Source: Pseudomonadota bacterium
GTDB lineage: Bacteria; Pseudomonadota; Gammaproteobacteria; Pseudomonadales; Moraxellaceae
Direction of reading: 5' to 3'
DNA: 64,000 nucleotides
Assembly (NCBI GenBank): GCA_021804565.1
Contig: JAJZHK010000003.1
Span: forward strand, 7,043 to 71,042
Under the pieces are notes generated by a model that did not search any database, was not told the DNA's origin, and was given only the letters and a program-made list of their open reading frames with translations. A program made the translations under genes and the position numbers. Positions 9,701 to 19,174 of this stretch are shown here, piece by piece (the first letter of the stretch is position 1; each line of letters opens with the position of its first letter).

Positions 9701-10787
9701 GCTCGCTCGGCTGATCGGAACGCTCCATGGCTGAACGCATCAGCAGTTGCTCGGCCGAGGCGGCAAAGAAGTTCTCGTACTCTCGATTGACCCGTAACAG
9801 TAGACCGTCATCACGCACCAAAGCCATCGCGGTCGGCGAGTTTTCAAAAATGGCACGAAAGTGCTTTTCATTGCGGGCCATGTCCCGTGTCATGCGATGC
9901 AGCTCGCTGACATCCATGCCGACGACGATCAGCTCACGCCGGGCATTATGGGGGTTGATGTAAAGACGGCTGTTCCAGGAGATCCAAAAACTGGCGCCGT
10001 GGGCACCAAGAATCTCCGTCTCTTTACGAAAGATGTCCGCATCGGCGCGCAAACCCAACCAGGACTGGTACCAGTCCTCCCTGTCCCGAGGCAGCAGACA
10101 ATGCTCGAGAAAGCTCATGCCCAGCGCCTCGGCACGCGTCAGACCAAAAACACGATCCGCCGCCTCGTTCCACTCCTGGACATGCAAGGTCTCGTCGAGC
10201 ACGATGATGCAGGTATCGGCCATGCTCACCAGGCGGCGATAACGCTCCTCGCTGACGCGCCAGAACTCGGTGAGTCGCCTTTGCGCTGTGACGTCACGTG
10301 ACACCCCGCCGACCAGGCGTCCGTCGTCGCGACTGAGCAGACGGTGAGCCTCGACGTGCACCCAGAACACATCCCCGGTATCCCACAACAAGCGGTGCTC
10401 GATATCCAGGGTCTGGCCCTGCAGCAGACCTTCCCAGGCCAAACGCACCTTGCTCACATCCTCAGGATGCAAACGACGCAGCAGACTCAGCGGTTGCGCC
10501 TGCAACTCGTCACGGCTCAGGCCGTAGATGCGCAGAACCGAGTCACTGACAAAGAGCAGCTTGCCCTGCTCGAGGTCATAGACCCAAAGCGCATCATTCA
10601 TCGAGCCCAGCAACTGGTCGAGCGGCTGCGGATGGCTGGCGATCAGGTGCAAAAGATTGTTGATCAGATCGCTGTGCCTGGGCACGCGGCGACCACTGAA
10701 CCAGGGTTGGGCGACCCAGACCATGAGGGCCCCAGCTCCGACCCCCAACAGCAATAGTGCCAGCGCCGCAAGCATCCAGTTCAACAT
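6729..10787 (-). CDS. Hybrid sensor histidine kinase with an N-terminal TM segment, multiple PAS/PAC domains, HisKA, HATPase_c and a C-terminal receiver
   Basis: 1352 aa with repeated PAS-like modules (..ERYRRLV.., ..EKHFRAIFENSPTAMAL.., ..EQRYRSLFDSSIDGICVLD..). Other motifs: H-box GGIAHDFNNILTSILGYADL, G-box GSGMGLSVVHGIV, and receiver ILIVEDEP..DLVITDQVMPG. Confidence 0.9.
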   Translation of the reverse strand: MLNWMLAALALLLLGVGAGALMVWVAQPWFSGRRVPRHSDLINNLLHLIASHPQPLDQLLGSMNDALWVYDLEQGKLLFVSDSVLRIYGLSRDELQAQPLSLLRRLHPEDVSKVRLAWEGLLQGQTLDIEHRLLWDTGDVFWVHVEAHRLLSRDDGRLVGGVSRDVTAQRRLTEFWRVSEERYRRLVSMADTCIIVLDETLHVQEWNEAADRVFGLTRAEALGMSFLEHCLLPRDREDWYQSWLGLRADADIFRKETEILGAHGASFWISWNSRLYINPHNARRELIVVGMDVSELHRMTRDMARNEKHFRAIFENSPTAMALVRDDGLLLRVNREYENFFAASAEQLLMRSAMERSDQPSERQLLDDLRRLAAGQESLQALRVYRTAQGQVRWGNTWLRRHEVGEDGHVLYLELILDVTEQRRAEAALNERDRQLATMVGNLPGILYSYTCKLGQGLLVEADQYRLFNLHHDWKPAFISEGAQQITGFRSDSFTRGDVFSLGHLILAEDRASLIPQVEAAINQGSSFELLYRIRGAASELRWISERGRALISHGQVLIEGLMLDVTSQKLAEESEQIYRQLVADTHTGFLAIDGNGLVRDANQTFLEFLGLTQLDRLVLHSVYEWTAPESHAATVALIAQVSNEGAVKDVELDYMTIDGRRISLLLSAVATRSEHEVLIRCLLVDVSERRRQQRELEQNRNLLAESQRIAGLGFWVEDRKAGSWLASEEFCSLLGGAQAATLDEKDRWLDEVHPQDRALVEEQLREGEASCAPFSLAFRLKPDASGHSRFMRCSVNADLDAQGQVLRWVGVVQDLTAMRQAEQAILQSEQRYRSLFDSSIDGICVLDIQGRIEETNRAFQDIVAYSPEQLRGMNHMGLMSPASQAHGAHLRQQLLRRGYSESDRETYLRRDGSVVAVSVRQWLVRDALHQAQRIMVMVRDITELEVIEADREQLQRAVQQAQKMEAIGHLTGGIAHDFNNILTSILGYADLSLRQLGDASEDRLVRYVRQIRSAGERARELIAQMLIFSRGGRSPGRVQPVQELIQSTLRMLRPALPSSLHLRLDIDEEAPPILVDAVQLQQVLMNLVLNARDALAESGEILVALRQAEVAPAHCASCHGRVEGPHVVIEVADNGPGIDPAIALRIFDPFFTTKEVGRGSGMGLSVVHGIVHEFGGHILLDSRLGQGVQFRVIFAPQQQVQLLSPDAGSVIAGRGGFKNASILIVEDEPAVAHMLAELLSLHAYRVHTLHDPVMALAALQEQPQAYDLVITDQVMPGLLGFELVARLRALREDLPVLLCSAQADLLQRQQNLPEPCALLSKPIDPEQLLRMVHELLSRGEERLSELRGDTV

Positions 10788-10962
10788 GTGCCATTCCCAG
10801 AGTAGGATCTGGCTACATTAACCCAGACGCATGGACTTGGCACAGAGCAAAAGCCGCCACCCGCAAGCCCGGTCGTCACGACGATGCAAAGCCAGGATTT
10901 GCACACAGGTCTTGGGCTAGAATCACGCAGCGCTGAAACGGCTACGGCGATCCATCAACCGG

Positions 10963-12294
10963 GTGAGCGATGCAGGTGTGCATCATGGGGGAGGCTTGAA
11001 GATATTTCTCGATGTCACTGAAACGGTCGCCAATGGTCTGCAAACGGGCATCCAGCGCACCGTGCGCCAGATCAGCCAGCACATCATCCCCCTGGCCGCA
11101 CAGCGGGGGATCGATGTCGTTCCTGTCGTCGCACACCAGGGGCGTTACTATGCCTGCACGGCGCTGCACAGGCTGTATCAGCCGCAGCGCCAGACCGGGG
11201 CCTCGACAGCGCCGGCCGCGGCTTTTAAAGCCTTCATCAAAAACCGGCTGCGCCGTTTCCCGCGACTGCTGGCGTGGGCGCAAGGCATCTATTTTTATGC
11301 GCGCCGGTCGAGACTTGACCCCGGCCAGCACGAGGCCATCCGCAGCGAGCCCGGTGACCGCCTGCTATTGCTGGACTCCTGTTGGGGTGGCGGCGGCAGC
11401 GATCGTGCCGCCCAGTACATGTTCGAACATGGCTGTGCCATCACCCTGGTGGTCTATGACATCATTCCCTTGACCCATCCTCAATACTATGACGCGACGC
11501 TGGTTCGGAACTTTCGCCAGACCCTGGAGAAGCTGCTGAACATCTCTTCCTCGGTTTTCGCCATATCGCAATTTGTCGCCGAGTCTCTGCGTCAGTGGAT
11601 ACACCAGGTGCAAGCGCCCCAGCCGGAGGGGGTCAGACTGGACTATTTTCATCTGGGTGGCGACTTCGACCAGCACAGCACGACACCCGAAGCCGCCTCG
11701 ACAGCCTGGCCGGCCGGCCTGTGGCAGGACGGCAGCCGGGTTTTTTTGATGCTTGGCACCATCGAACCTCGCAAGGGCCACGACTTTGTTCTGCACGAAT
11801 TTGAACGTCGCTGGGCAGAGGGCAGTCAAGACAAACTGCTCTGGATCGGCAAGGTCGGCTGGCAGGTCGAGGCCTTGATGCAGCAGGTTCACGCATCACG
11901 CCACTTACATCAACAGCTGTGGCCGATGCAGGGTCTGTCCGACGCGATGGTCAACGACGCCATCCATCGCTGCACCGCCATCATTTTTGCATCCCAGGTC
12001 GAAGGCTTTGGCTTGCCTCTGGTCGAGGCCCTGCAAAGAGGAACCCCGGTTCTCGCCCATGACATCCCGGTGTTCCGTGAAATCGCAGCCTCTGTTCCAG
12101 TTTACTTCCGTAGCGAAGAAGACGGCTCCTTGCAGCGGGCCTTGCAAGAGCTGGCCGAGCATGAAACGGAGGTTCGCGCACGAACCCGTGCCTTTCAATG
12201 GTTGACCTGGCGTGATGCCGCAGCCGTGCTGCTCGACAAAATGCTCGAGCAGCAGCCTGGGCAAGCGCCCAAGAGGCCGACACCGACCTCTTAG
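10963..12294 (+). CDS. Glycosyltransferase, GT-B fold (group 1 / GT4-like)
   Basis: The C-terminal signature ASQVEGFGLPLVEALQRGTPVLAHDIPVFREI is the E-x7-E type motif. The ORF-track start is GTG at 10963. A TTG at 10996 (M-KIFLDVT..) is an alternative start. Confidence 0.75.
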   Translation: MSDAGVHHGGGLKIFLDVTETVANGLQTGIQRTVRQISQHIIPLAAQRGIDVVPVVAHQGRYYACTALHRLYQPQRQTGASTAPAAAFKAFIKNRLRRFPRLLAWAQGIYFYARRSRLDPGQHEAIRSEPGDRLLLLDSCWGGGGSDRAAQYMFEHGCAITLVVYDIIPLTHPQYYDATLVRNFRQTLEKLLNISSSVFAISQFVAESLRQWIHQVQAPQPEGVRLDYFHLGGDFDQHSTTPEAASTAWPAGLWQDGSRVFLMLGTIEPRKGHDFVLHEFERRWAEGSQDKLLWIGKVGWQVEALMQQVHASRHLHQQLWPMQGLSDAMVNDAIHRCTAIIFASQVEGFGLPLVEALQRGTPVLAHDIPVFREIAASVPVYFRSEEDGSLQRALQELAEHETEVRARTRAFQWLTWRDAAAVLLDKMLEQQPGQAPKRPTPTS

Positions 12295-12306
12295 GCGAGA
12301 ACACAA

Positions 12307-14487
12307 CTACTCGAAGCGGGCGCCCTCACGGGCCATACGGCGCAAGAGCTCGGGAGGAGCAAACCTGTCCTGGCCATAGCGTTCGGCCAGCGTGTCAGCT
12401 CGCGCGACAAAGGCCGGCAGTCCGATATAGTTGATGTACTGCAACTGCCCGCCCGTCCATGGCGCCATGCCGATGCCAAAGATGGAGCCGATGTTGGCGT
12501 CGGCCACCGAGCGCAACACCCCCTCTTCGTAACAGCGCGCAGCCTCGATCGCCTGACGCATGAGCAAGCGCTCCTGCAGCTCGGCAAACGCCTCGGGACT
12601 GGGCTGGGCCAGATCAGCTCGCGCATAATGTTCGCGCAGGCCTGGCCACAGACGCTTGGGAGCACCCGCCGGGTAGTCGTAAAAACCCGCCCCTTCTTTC
12701 TTGCCTGGCCGACCGAAACGCTCGCACATGGCGTCGATCACCGCCTCGGCAGGATGATCCGGCATGGACCTGCCCTCCGCTGCAAAATCTGCGCGCGTCT
12801 GCGCACGCACCTTGCGCGTCAGCTCAAGATTCACCTCATCGAGCACCGCCAGCGGCCCAACCGGCATACCCGCCTGCAAGGCAGCCTGCTCGATACTCGC
12901 CGCGGGGTAGCCCTCGGCCAGCATGGCGACACCCTCGTAACAGTAGGTGGCAAACACCCGCGAGGTGAAAAACCCGCGACTGTCATTCACCACGATCGGC
13001 GTTTTGCGGATTTTGAGCACAAAATCGAAAGCAAAACCTAAGGTCTGCGCCGAGGTCTTGTCGCCACAGATGATCTCGACCAGCGGCATCTTGTCGACCG
13101 GTGAGAAGAAGTGCAGACCGATGAAGCGCTCAGGATCAACAAAAGCCTGGGCCAAACCGGTGATCGGCAGGGTTGAGGTGTTGGACGCCAGCACCAGATC
13201 GGGACGCGCGACGGCCGCGACGCGCTGGCTGACCTCCGCTTTGACCTGACGATGCTCAAAAACCGCCTCGATGACCAGGTCACAGTCAGCCAGCGCGGCG
13301 TAGTCGCTACCGGCATGGATACGCGCCAGCACCTGTGCCGCCTTGTCCGCCGTCATCCGGCCTCGCGACACCCTTTTATCGAGCAGCTTGCGGCTGTAGT
13401 CACGACCACGCTCGGCCAGTGCATCCTCGCTATCGAGCAAAACCACATCGATGCCGGCGACGGCGGCCACATAAGCGATGCCCTGCCCCATCATGCCGGC
13501 ACCGATCACCCCGAGCTTGCGGCATTCACGGGCCGGCGCCACGTCCTGCGACGGCCGTGAGCCGCCACCATTGATCTTTTGCAGATCAAAGAAAAAGGCC
13601 TTGATCATGTTCTTGGCGACAGGACCGGTCGCCAGCTGGGTGAAGTAACGCCCTTCGATCAGCAGCGCCCTGTCGAAGTCGACCTGAGCACCTTCCACCG
13701 CGGCCGCCATGATGGCAGCAGGCGCCGGATAATGGGCATGCGCCCCTTTGAGCTGCTTGCGCAAGTTGGCGGGGTAAGCCGGCAGATTCATCGCCAAGGC
13801 TGGCGTCGAGGGCGTTCCTCCCGGCATTTTGTAGCCTTGGCGATCCCAGGGCTGCTGGCTGCTGGGATGGGCCTCTATCCAGGCGCGTGCTGCCGCCAGC
13901 AGGGCCTCCGGGGTGTCAACCAAAGCATCGATCAAGCCCAATTCATGCGCTTTTTCCGCCTTCATGCGCTGGCCTTGCAAGAGCACGTTCATCAAGGCGT
14001 TTTGCAGCCCCAGCATACGCACCGTGCGGGTCACGCCACCACCGCCGGGCAGCAGGCCCAGGCTGACCTCCGGCAGACCAAATTCAGCCTTTGCTCCCCG
14101 CACAGCGATGCGATGATGCGCCGCCAAGGCGATTTCAAAACCGCCGCCCAAAGCGGTGCCGTTGAGACAGGCCACCACAGGCTTGCCGAGCGTCTCGAGG
14201 ACGCGCAGTTGCCGCTTGATTTCACTGACGCCGGCCTGAAACTCGGCAGCCTGCTCAGGCTGTGCCGCCTGCAGGAGGCGCAGGTCACCGCCGGCAAAGA
14301 AGGTTTTTTTGGCGGAGGTGATGATCACCCCGCGAATACGGGCTTGCTCAGCCTGCAGGCGCGCCACGGTGGCCGCCATGGACTGCACATAGAGTGCGTT
14401 CATGGTATTGGCCGACTGCTGCGGATCATCCAGGGTCAGGGTCACGATCTGCTGGGCGTCTTCTTCCCAATGTATACTCGTCGTCAT
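12307..14487 (-). CDS. Multifunctional fatty-acid oxidation alpha subunit (enoyl-CoA hydratase / 3-hydroxyacyl-CoA dehydrogenase), second FadB/FadJ-like copy
   Basis: ORF 12307..14622. The ATG at 14487 (MTTSIHWEEDAQQIVTLTLDD) lies 25 nt after the thiolase stop. Domains seen: crotonase fold (FFAGGDL, LNGTALGGGFEIALA) and NAD-binding GVIGAGMMGQGIA. Confidence 0.88.
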   Translation of the reverse strand: MTTSIHWEEDAQQIVTLTLDDPQQSANTMNALYVQSMAATVARLQAEQARIRGVIITSAKKTFFAGGDLRLLQAAQPEQAAEFQAGVSEIKRQLRVLETLGKPVVACLNGTALGGGFEIALAAHHRIAVRGAKAEFGLPEVSLGLLPGGGGVTRTVRMLGLQNALMNVLLQGQRMKAEKAHELGLIDALVDTPEALLAAARAWIEAHPSSQQPWDRQGYKMPGGTPSTPALAMNLPAYPANLRKQLKGAHAHYPAPAAIMAAAVEGAQVDFDRALLIEGRYFTQLATGPVAKNMIKAFFFDLQKINGGGSRPSQDVAPARECRKLGVIGAGMMGQGIAYVAAVAGIDVVLLDSEDALAERGRDYSRKLLDKRVSRGRMTADKAAQVLARIHAGSDYAALADCDLVIEAVFEHRQVKAEVSQRVAAVARPDLVLASNTSTLPITGLAQAFVDPERFIGLHFFSPVDKMPLVEIICGDKTSAQTLGFAFDFVLKIRKTPIVVNDSRGFFTSRVFATYCYEGVAMLAEGYPAASIEQAALQAGMPVGPLAVLDEVNLELTRKVRAQTRADFAAEGRSMPDHPAEAVIDAMCERFGRPGKKEGAGFYDYPAGAPKRLWPGLREHYARADLAQPSPEAFAELQERLLMRQAIEAARCYEEGVLRSVADANIGSIFGIGMAPWTGGQLQYINYIGLPAFVARADTLAERYGQDRFAPPELLRRMAREGARFE

Positions 14488-14512
14488 GTCGATAATCTCT
14501 CTATCTGGCCTA

Positions 14513-15727
14513 TTAGACGCGTTCGATGATGGTGGCAATACCCATGCCGCCGCCGACGCAGAGGGTGCATAAAGCCCGCTGCAGGCCACGTCTTTCCAGC
14601 TCATCGAGGGCAATCTGAACAATCATGCAACCGGTGGCGCCCAGGGGATGACCCATGGCGATGGCACCGCCGTTGACATTGACCCGATCGATATCGATGT
14701 TCATGTCGCGCACGAAACGCAGCGCGACCGCCGCAAAGGCCTCATTGATTTCCCATAGGTCGATATCCGAGGTCTGCAAGCCGGCCCGTGCCAAGGCCTT
14801 GCGGGCGGCTGGCGCCGGTCCGGTGAGCATGATCGTCGGATCGGCACCGGAAACGGCGGTGGCGATGATTTTGGCGCGCGGCTTCAAGCCCAGCTTCTGG
14901 GCTTGGGCGGCACTGCCGATCAGCAGAAGTGCAGCCCCATCGACGATACCGGATGAGTTGCCTGCGGTATGCACATGCTCGATAGACTCGACCCAGTGGT
15001 ACTTCTGCAGAGCCACCGCGTCGAAGCCTCCCATTTCACCCATCATGGCAAAGGAGGGCCCCAGACTGGCCAGGCCTTGCATCGTGGTATCGGGACGAAT
15101 GAACTCGTCCTCGACGAGAACGGGCAGACCATTGAGATCGCGCACGGGAACGATGCTGGGCTTGAAATACCCGGCGGCACGCGCCGCCGCCGCCTTTTGC
15201 TGCGAGCGCAAGGCAAAGGCATCGACATCGCTACGGCTGAAACCTTCCAGGGTGGCGATAAGATCGGCACCTATGCCCTGCGGCACAAAGCCGGTCTTGA
15301 GATTGGTCGCCGGGTCCATGGCCCAGGCTCCGCCGTCGGAGCCCATAGGAATGCGCGACATCGACTCGACCCCACCCACCACCACCAGGTCCTCGAATCC
15401 GGAGCGCACCTTCATGGCACCGATATTGACCGCTTCCAGCCCCGAGGCACAAAAACGGTTGAGCTGGACACCGGCGACGGTGTCGCTCCAGCCCGCGGCC
15501 AAAGCCGCTGTTTTGGCAATATCCGCACCCTGGTCACCGACCGGTGTTACACAGCCGAGAACGATATCATCGGTTTGCGTGCGTATCGCCTCGCCCTGCC
15601 GCTCACACAAGGCGTCGAGCAAGCCGACCACCAGGTCGACCGGCTTCACCGTGTGCAGACTGCCATCTTTTTTGCCCTTGCCGCGCGGTGTACGCACAGC
15701 ATCGTAAATGAAAGCTTCCGCGCTCAT
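14513..15727 (-). CDS. Acetyl-CoA C-acyltransferase (thiolase), partner of the FadB-like gene downstream
   Basis: 404 aa. Thiolase motifs: [25 protein letters not shown] (active-site Cys), NEAFAAV, and [17 protein letters not shown] with C-terminal CVGGGMG. Confidence 0.9.
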   Translation of the reverse strand: MSAEAFIYDAVRTPRGKGKKDGSLHTVKPVDLVVGLLDALCERQGEAIRTQTDDIVLGCVTPVGDQGADIAKTAALAAGWSDTVAGVQLNRFCASGLEAVNIGAMKVRSGFEDLVVVGGVESMSRIPMGSDGGAWAMDPATNLKTGFVPQGIGADLIATLEGFSRSDVDAFALRSQQKAAAARAAGYFKPSIVPVRDLNGLPVLVEDEFIRPDTTMQGLASLGPSFAMMGEMGGFDAVALQKYHWVESIEHVHTAGNSSGIVDGAALLLIGSAAQAQKLGLKPRAKIIATAVSGADPTIMLTGPAPAARKALARAGLQTSDIDLWEINEAFAAVALRFVRDMNIDIDRVNVNGGAIAMGHPLGATGCMIVQIALDELERRGLQRALCTLCVGGGMGIATIIERV

Positions 15728-15840
15728 AGATCCTCCTCACCATTCATGGGCAAACGCCCTGTCGCTGACGATGCACTGCCCCAGCCGGAAGTGCAATGAC
15801 CGCGATGGTGAGAATGATTGACCGGGAACAACAGCGAAAA

Positions 15841-16716
15841 TCAGTCCTCCTGCAAGTCTTGGGCGTGCAGGATGAGCAGGTCGCAAGGCAGACGCTTTTC
15901 AAGCTGCTCGGCCGAGTTGCCGGTCAGGAAGGCGGTCAGGGAACGGCGTCCCACGGTGCCCATCAGCAAGCAGTCAACGGCTTGCTGGGCCTGCTGCTGG
16001 GTCAGCACCGCCTCGACCGAGCCTTGGCCACTGATCAGTTTTTCGGCAGCGATGCCATGCGCCTGCAGCAGTTCGATCATGCCGGCACGTAAAGTGCTGT
16101 GCATCTCCTCCTCCACATAGCCGACGGCATAGGTTTCACCCATCATTGGTGCCAGCTCGAGGGGGCTGGGCAGGGCACAGCTCACCCAGAACTCCCCCTG
16201 CCAGAGCTGCACTAGGCGCTGCGCCCAGCCGAGCAGGGCCTCGTTGAGCACCTGGTGCTCAGCGTCATCGGGCAAACAGCTCAGGGCGACACGAAAACGC
16301 TGGGGAAGGACATCCTGGTGCACCACGTACAGGGGGCAGGCCACTTGTCGCAACAACTTCTTCCAATAGGCCGCTTTGGGCGCCATCTCAGGGGAAATAA
16401 AGACCATATCAGGCTGCTGTCGCTCGATCTCGTGCTCGATGGCCTCGACCCAGGAATGGCCGCTGGCGACATGGGTCGTCGCCTCAAGCTGCAGCTTGGC
16501 CAAAAAATCGGCCAGCCAGTCCTCGCCCTCCATCTGCGAGCTGTGCTCGACACTGGCCAGCAAGCCGGGCCCCAGGTGCAGGCCCTCAGGGGGCTGCGCC
16601 GTCACCGGCATGAACACCGAGAGCTTGGCCCCGGCGCGTTGCGCCCAGCGCGCGGCGACACGTAACACCCTGGCCGCCGCTTCCGTATGATCGACCACCG
16701 CCAGCAGATGGTGCAT
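15841..16716 (-). CDS. Universal stress protein with tandem Usp domains (UspE-like)
   Basis: ORF 15841..16782. The ATG at 16716 (MHHLLAVVDHTE..) follows a GAGGAG RBS. It has two Usp-like halves and the C-terminal motif LMGTVGRRSLTAFLTGNSAEQL. Confidence 0.8.
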   Translation of the reverse strand: MHHLLAVVDHTEAAARVLRVAARWAQRAGAKLSVFMPVTAQPPEGLHLGPGLLASVEHSSQMEGEDWLADFLAKLQLEATTHVASGHSWVEAIEHEIERQQPDMVFISPEMAPKAAYWKKLLRQVACPLYVVHQDVLPQRFRVALSCLPDDAEHQVLNEALLGWAQRLVQLWQGEFWVSCALPSPLELAPMMGETYAVGYVEEEMHSTLRAGMIELLQAHGIAAEKLISGQGSVEAVLTQQQAQQAVDCLLMGTVGRRSLTAFLTGNSAEQLEKRLPCDLLILHAQDLQED

Positions 16717-16768
16717 AGCTACCTCCTCGTCTCTGTGCTCATATTCGGCGATAGGGCGGTTAAACCTG

Positions 16769-16782
16769 TTGATACAGGTCAA
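16769..16782. promoter_or_regulatory. FNR/Anr-type box TTGATacagGTCAA (9 of 10 matches to TTGAT-N4-ATCAA) between the divergent usp and hemN genes
   Basis: Read directly in the sequence. The box centre is about 59 nt from the usp ATG and about 78 nt from the proposed hemN GTG. An Fnr-family regulator gene lies about 1.5 kb downstream. Confidence 0.6.
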
Positions 16783-16853
16783 TCAGCTCGCCGCCATTAT
16801 CAATTACAATGCATCGACGGCCGACTTGGCACAAGCACCAGGGAGTGCAGGCA

Positions 16854-18233
16854 GTGAATACCGTCGAAATACCTGTATGGCTGCGCGGCGAAACGAACAC
16901 CGCCCCGCGTTACACATCATACCCGCCGGCACCACATTTCAGCTCGGCTTTCTCGGCGGAGGACTATGTTCAAGCCATAGAACGCAGCAATGCCAGCGGC
17001 TTGCCCCTGTCCTTATACGTCCACATTCCGTTCTGTCATTCGCTGTGCTACTACTGCGCATGCAACAAGATCGTCACCAAGGACAAGCAGGCCGGGCGTA
17101 CCTATCTCGACTATTTGCGCAAAGAGCTTGAACTGGTCGCCCCGCTTTACGACAAGCAACGCCAGGTCACCCAGCTGCACTGGGGCGGTGGCACCCCCAC
17201 CTACCTCAGCGACGCGGAAATGACCGAGCTGATGTACCAGCTGGCACACCATTTCAATCTGAGCCGTTCAGCGGACGCCGAGTTCTCCATCGAGATCGAC
17301 CCACGTACCGTCGACGACGGCGGCATGGCCCTGCTCCGCGGCCTGGGCTTCAACCGTGTCAGCCTGGGGGTCCAGGACTTCGATCCGGACGTCCAGAAAG
17401 CCGTCCACCGCATTCAGTCTGTGGAAAAAACCGCCGCGGTGGTGGACGCCGCGCGGCGCTATGGGTTTCGCTCGGTGAGCATCGACCTGATCTATGGACT
17501 GCCCCTGCAGACCGCGGCACGGTTTCGCCACACGCTGCGCGAAGTGCTGGCCATGGCCCCTGATCGTCTCTCCCTTTTTCACTACGCACACCTGCCGCAA
17601 CGTTTTTTTCCGCAAAATCGTATCCGCAGCGAAGATCTGCCGGCGCTCGAGGAAAAGCGCCTTTTGCTCGAAGAAACCCAGGCCGCCCTGCACGCCGCAG
17701 GTTACGAAGAAATCGGCATGGACCACTATGCGCGGCGTAGCGACGGTCTTTTCCAGGCCCGTGAAGAAGGTGAGCTGCGGCGTAATTTTCAGGGCTATTC
17801 GACCCAGGCCTCGACCGACCTGGTCGGTATCGGTGTGTCGAGCATAGGACAGGTTCATCACAGCTATGCGCAAAATCACAAGCTGCTGCCCGCTTACTAC
17901 GCCGCTCTTGACGAAGGTCGCCTGCCGATAGAGCGCGGCCTCATCCTCAACAGCGACGACCTGCTGCGGCGGGATGTCATCATGGACCTGCTCTGTCTGC
18001 TGCACCTCGATGTCGCCGCCATCGAGCATAAACACGGCATCGATTTTGGCCGCTACTTTCAGCAGGAACTGAGTCTTCTCGACCAGCTGCCCGGTCACTG
18101 GATAGAGCGCGACCACCGTCAGCTGCGCATACAGGGCGCCGGCAAACACTATATACGTTTCATCTGCCGCCTGTTTGATCGCTACTGGTCGGAACATCCC
18201 TCCCATAACAGCCAGTACTCACAAGTCCTCTAA
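16854..18233 (+). CDS. hemN: Oxygen-independent coproporphyrinogen III oxidase (radical SAM)
   Basis: Motifs: PRYTSYPPA.., radical-SAM motif HIPFCHSLCYYCACN, and GGGTPTYL. The ORF track begins at 16809, but the GTG at 16854 follows an AGGGAG RBS (8-nt spacer) and gives a 459-aa protein, typical of HemN. Confidence 0.9.
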   Translation: MNTVEIPVWLRGETNTAPRYTSYPPAPHFSSAFSAEDYVQAIERSNASGLPLSLYVHIPFCHSLCYYCACNKIVTKDKQAGRTYLDYLRKELELVAPLYDKQRQVTQLHWGGGTPTYLSDAEMTELMYQLAHHFNLSRSADAEFSIEIDPRTVDDGGMALLRGLGFNRVSLGVQDFDPDVQKAVHRIQSVEKTAAVVDAARRYGFRSVSIDLIYGLPLQTAARFRHTLREVLAMAPDRLSLFHYAHLPQRFFPQNRIRSEDLPALEEKRLLLEETQAALHAAGYEEIGMDHYARRSDGLFQAREEGELRRNFQGYSTQASTDLVGIGVSSIGQVHHSYAQNHKLLPAYYAALDEGRLPIERGLILNSDDLLRRDVIMDLLCLLHLDVAAIEHKHGIDFGRYFQQELSLLDQLPGHWIERDHRQLRIQGAGKHYIRFICRLFDRYWSEHPSHNSQYSQVL

Positions 18234-18240
18234 AAGAGGC

Positions 18241-18275
18241 GCTTGTCCGCCACTGAGCGGGCAAGCTTTCCTCTT
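18241..18275 (+). terminator. Rho-independent terminator after hemN
   Basis: Stem GCTTGTCCGC-cactga-GCGGGCAAGC (10 bp with one G-U pair), followed by the T-rich tract tttcctctt. It begins 8 nt after the hemN stop. Confidence 0.65.
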
Positions 18276-18327
18276 CTCGCAAGCTTGGGTATGATGAGCT
18301 GCGCACGCTCTATAACAGGATTTCGGT

Positions 18328-19104
18328 ATGGATGATCTCTCGCACCGGCCACTGAGCTTTCGCCATCAGGCCCATAGCCATTGTGTCGATTGCTCGCTCA
18401 GCCCCATCTGCCTGCCCGTGGCGATCGATGCCGAAGACCTGCATAAACTGGACGCGATCATCCAACGCTCCAGACCCTTGCATCGCGGCGATCATCTTTA
18501 TCGAGAAAACATGCCCTTCGAGGGTATCTATGCCGTGCGCTCCGGTGCTCTCAAGGTCTACACGACCACCGACTCGGGTGAAGAACAGGTCACAGGCTTC
18601 TATCTTCCCGGTGAAGTGGTGGGTATGGATGGCATCCATACCGACACCCACATGAGCTCCGCGGTGGCGCTGGAGACGACATCGGTGTGCGAAATTCCCT
18701 TTCTGCAACTGCAGGATTTGAGCCATGCCATCCCCAGCCTGCAGAGTCACTTTTTCAAACTGATGAGCAAGGAAATCCAGACCAATCAGCTGCTCATGCT
18801 GCTGCTCAGCAAAAAAACTGCTGAGTCGCGCATCGCTTCCTTGCTGCTCAGCCTGGCCGAGCGTTACAAGCGGCGACGTTTGTCGGAGTCCAGCTTCCGA
18901 CTGCCCATGTCACGCTCTGACATAGGCAATTACCTGGGTTTGGCGGTGGAAACCGTCAGCCGCATCTTCACGCGCTTTCAAACCCAAAATGTACTGCTGG
19001 TTGAAGGCAAGGAAATCACGGTTCTCGACAAGGACGCCCTCTGCCGTATCTCCATGGGCCATGAGGAAAGCTTGCCCCCACGTTGCAGTCAGCATGGCAC
19101 CTGA
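18328..19104 (+). CDS. anr: Fnr/Anr-family oxygen-sensing transcriptional regulator (Crp/Fnr superfamily)
   Basis: The N-terminal Cys cluster HCVDCSLSPIC plus SVCEI corresponds to the four FNR [4Fe-4S] ligand positions. It also has a cNMP-binding-like fold and the DNA-recognition helix VETVSRIF (E--SR motif, which reads TTGAT half-sites). Confidence 0.88.
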   Translation: MDDLSHRPLSFRHQAHSHCVDCSLSPICLPVAIDAEDLHKLDAIIQRSRPLHRGDHLYRENMPFEGIYAVRSGALKVYTTTDSGEEQVTGFYLPGEVVGMDGIHTDTHMSSAVALETTSVCEIPFLQLQDLSHAIPSLQSHFFKLMSKEIQTNQLLMLLLSKKTAESRIASLLLSLAERYKRRRLSESSFRLPMSRSDIGNYLGLAVETVSRIFTRFQTQNVLLVEGKEITVLDKDALCRISMGHEESLPPRCSQHGT

Positions 19105-19174
19105 GCTCCAATGGACTCGGCGCAAGCTTCTGTGCGCGTGAAGATCGCCATTAAAAAAAGAAGACCGCGGCCAC

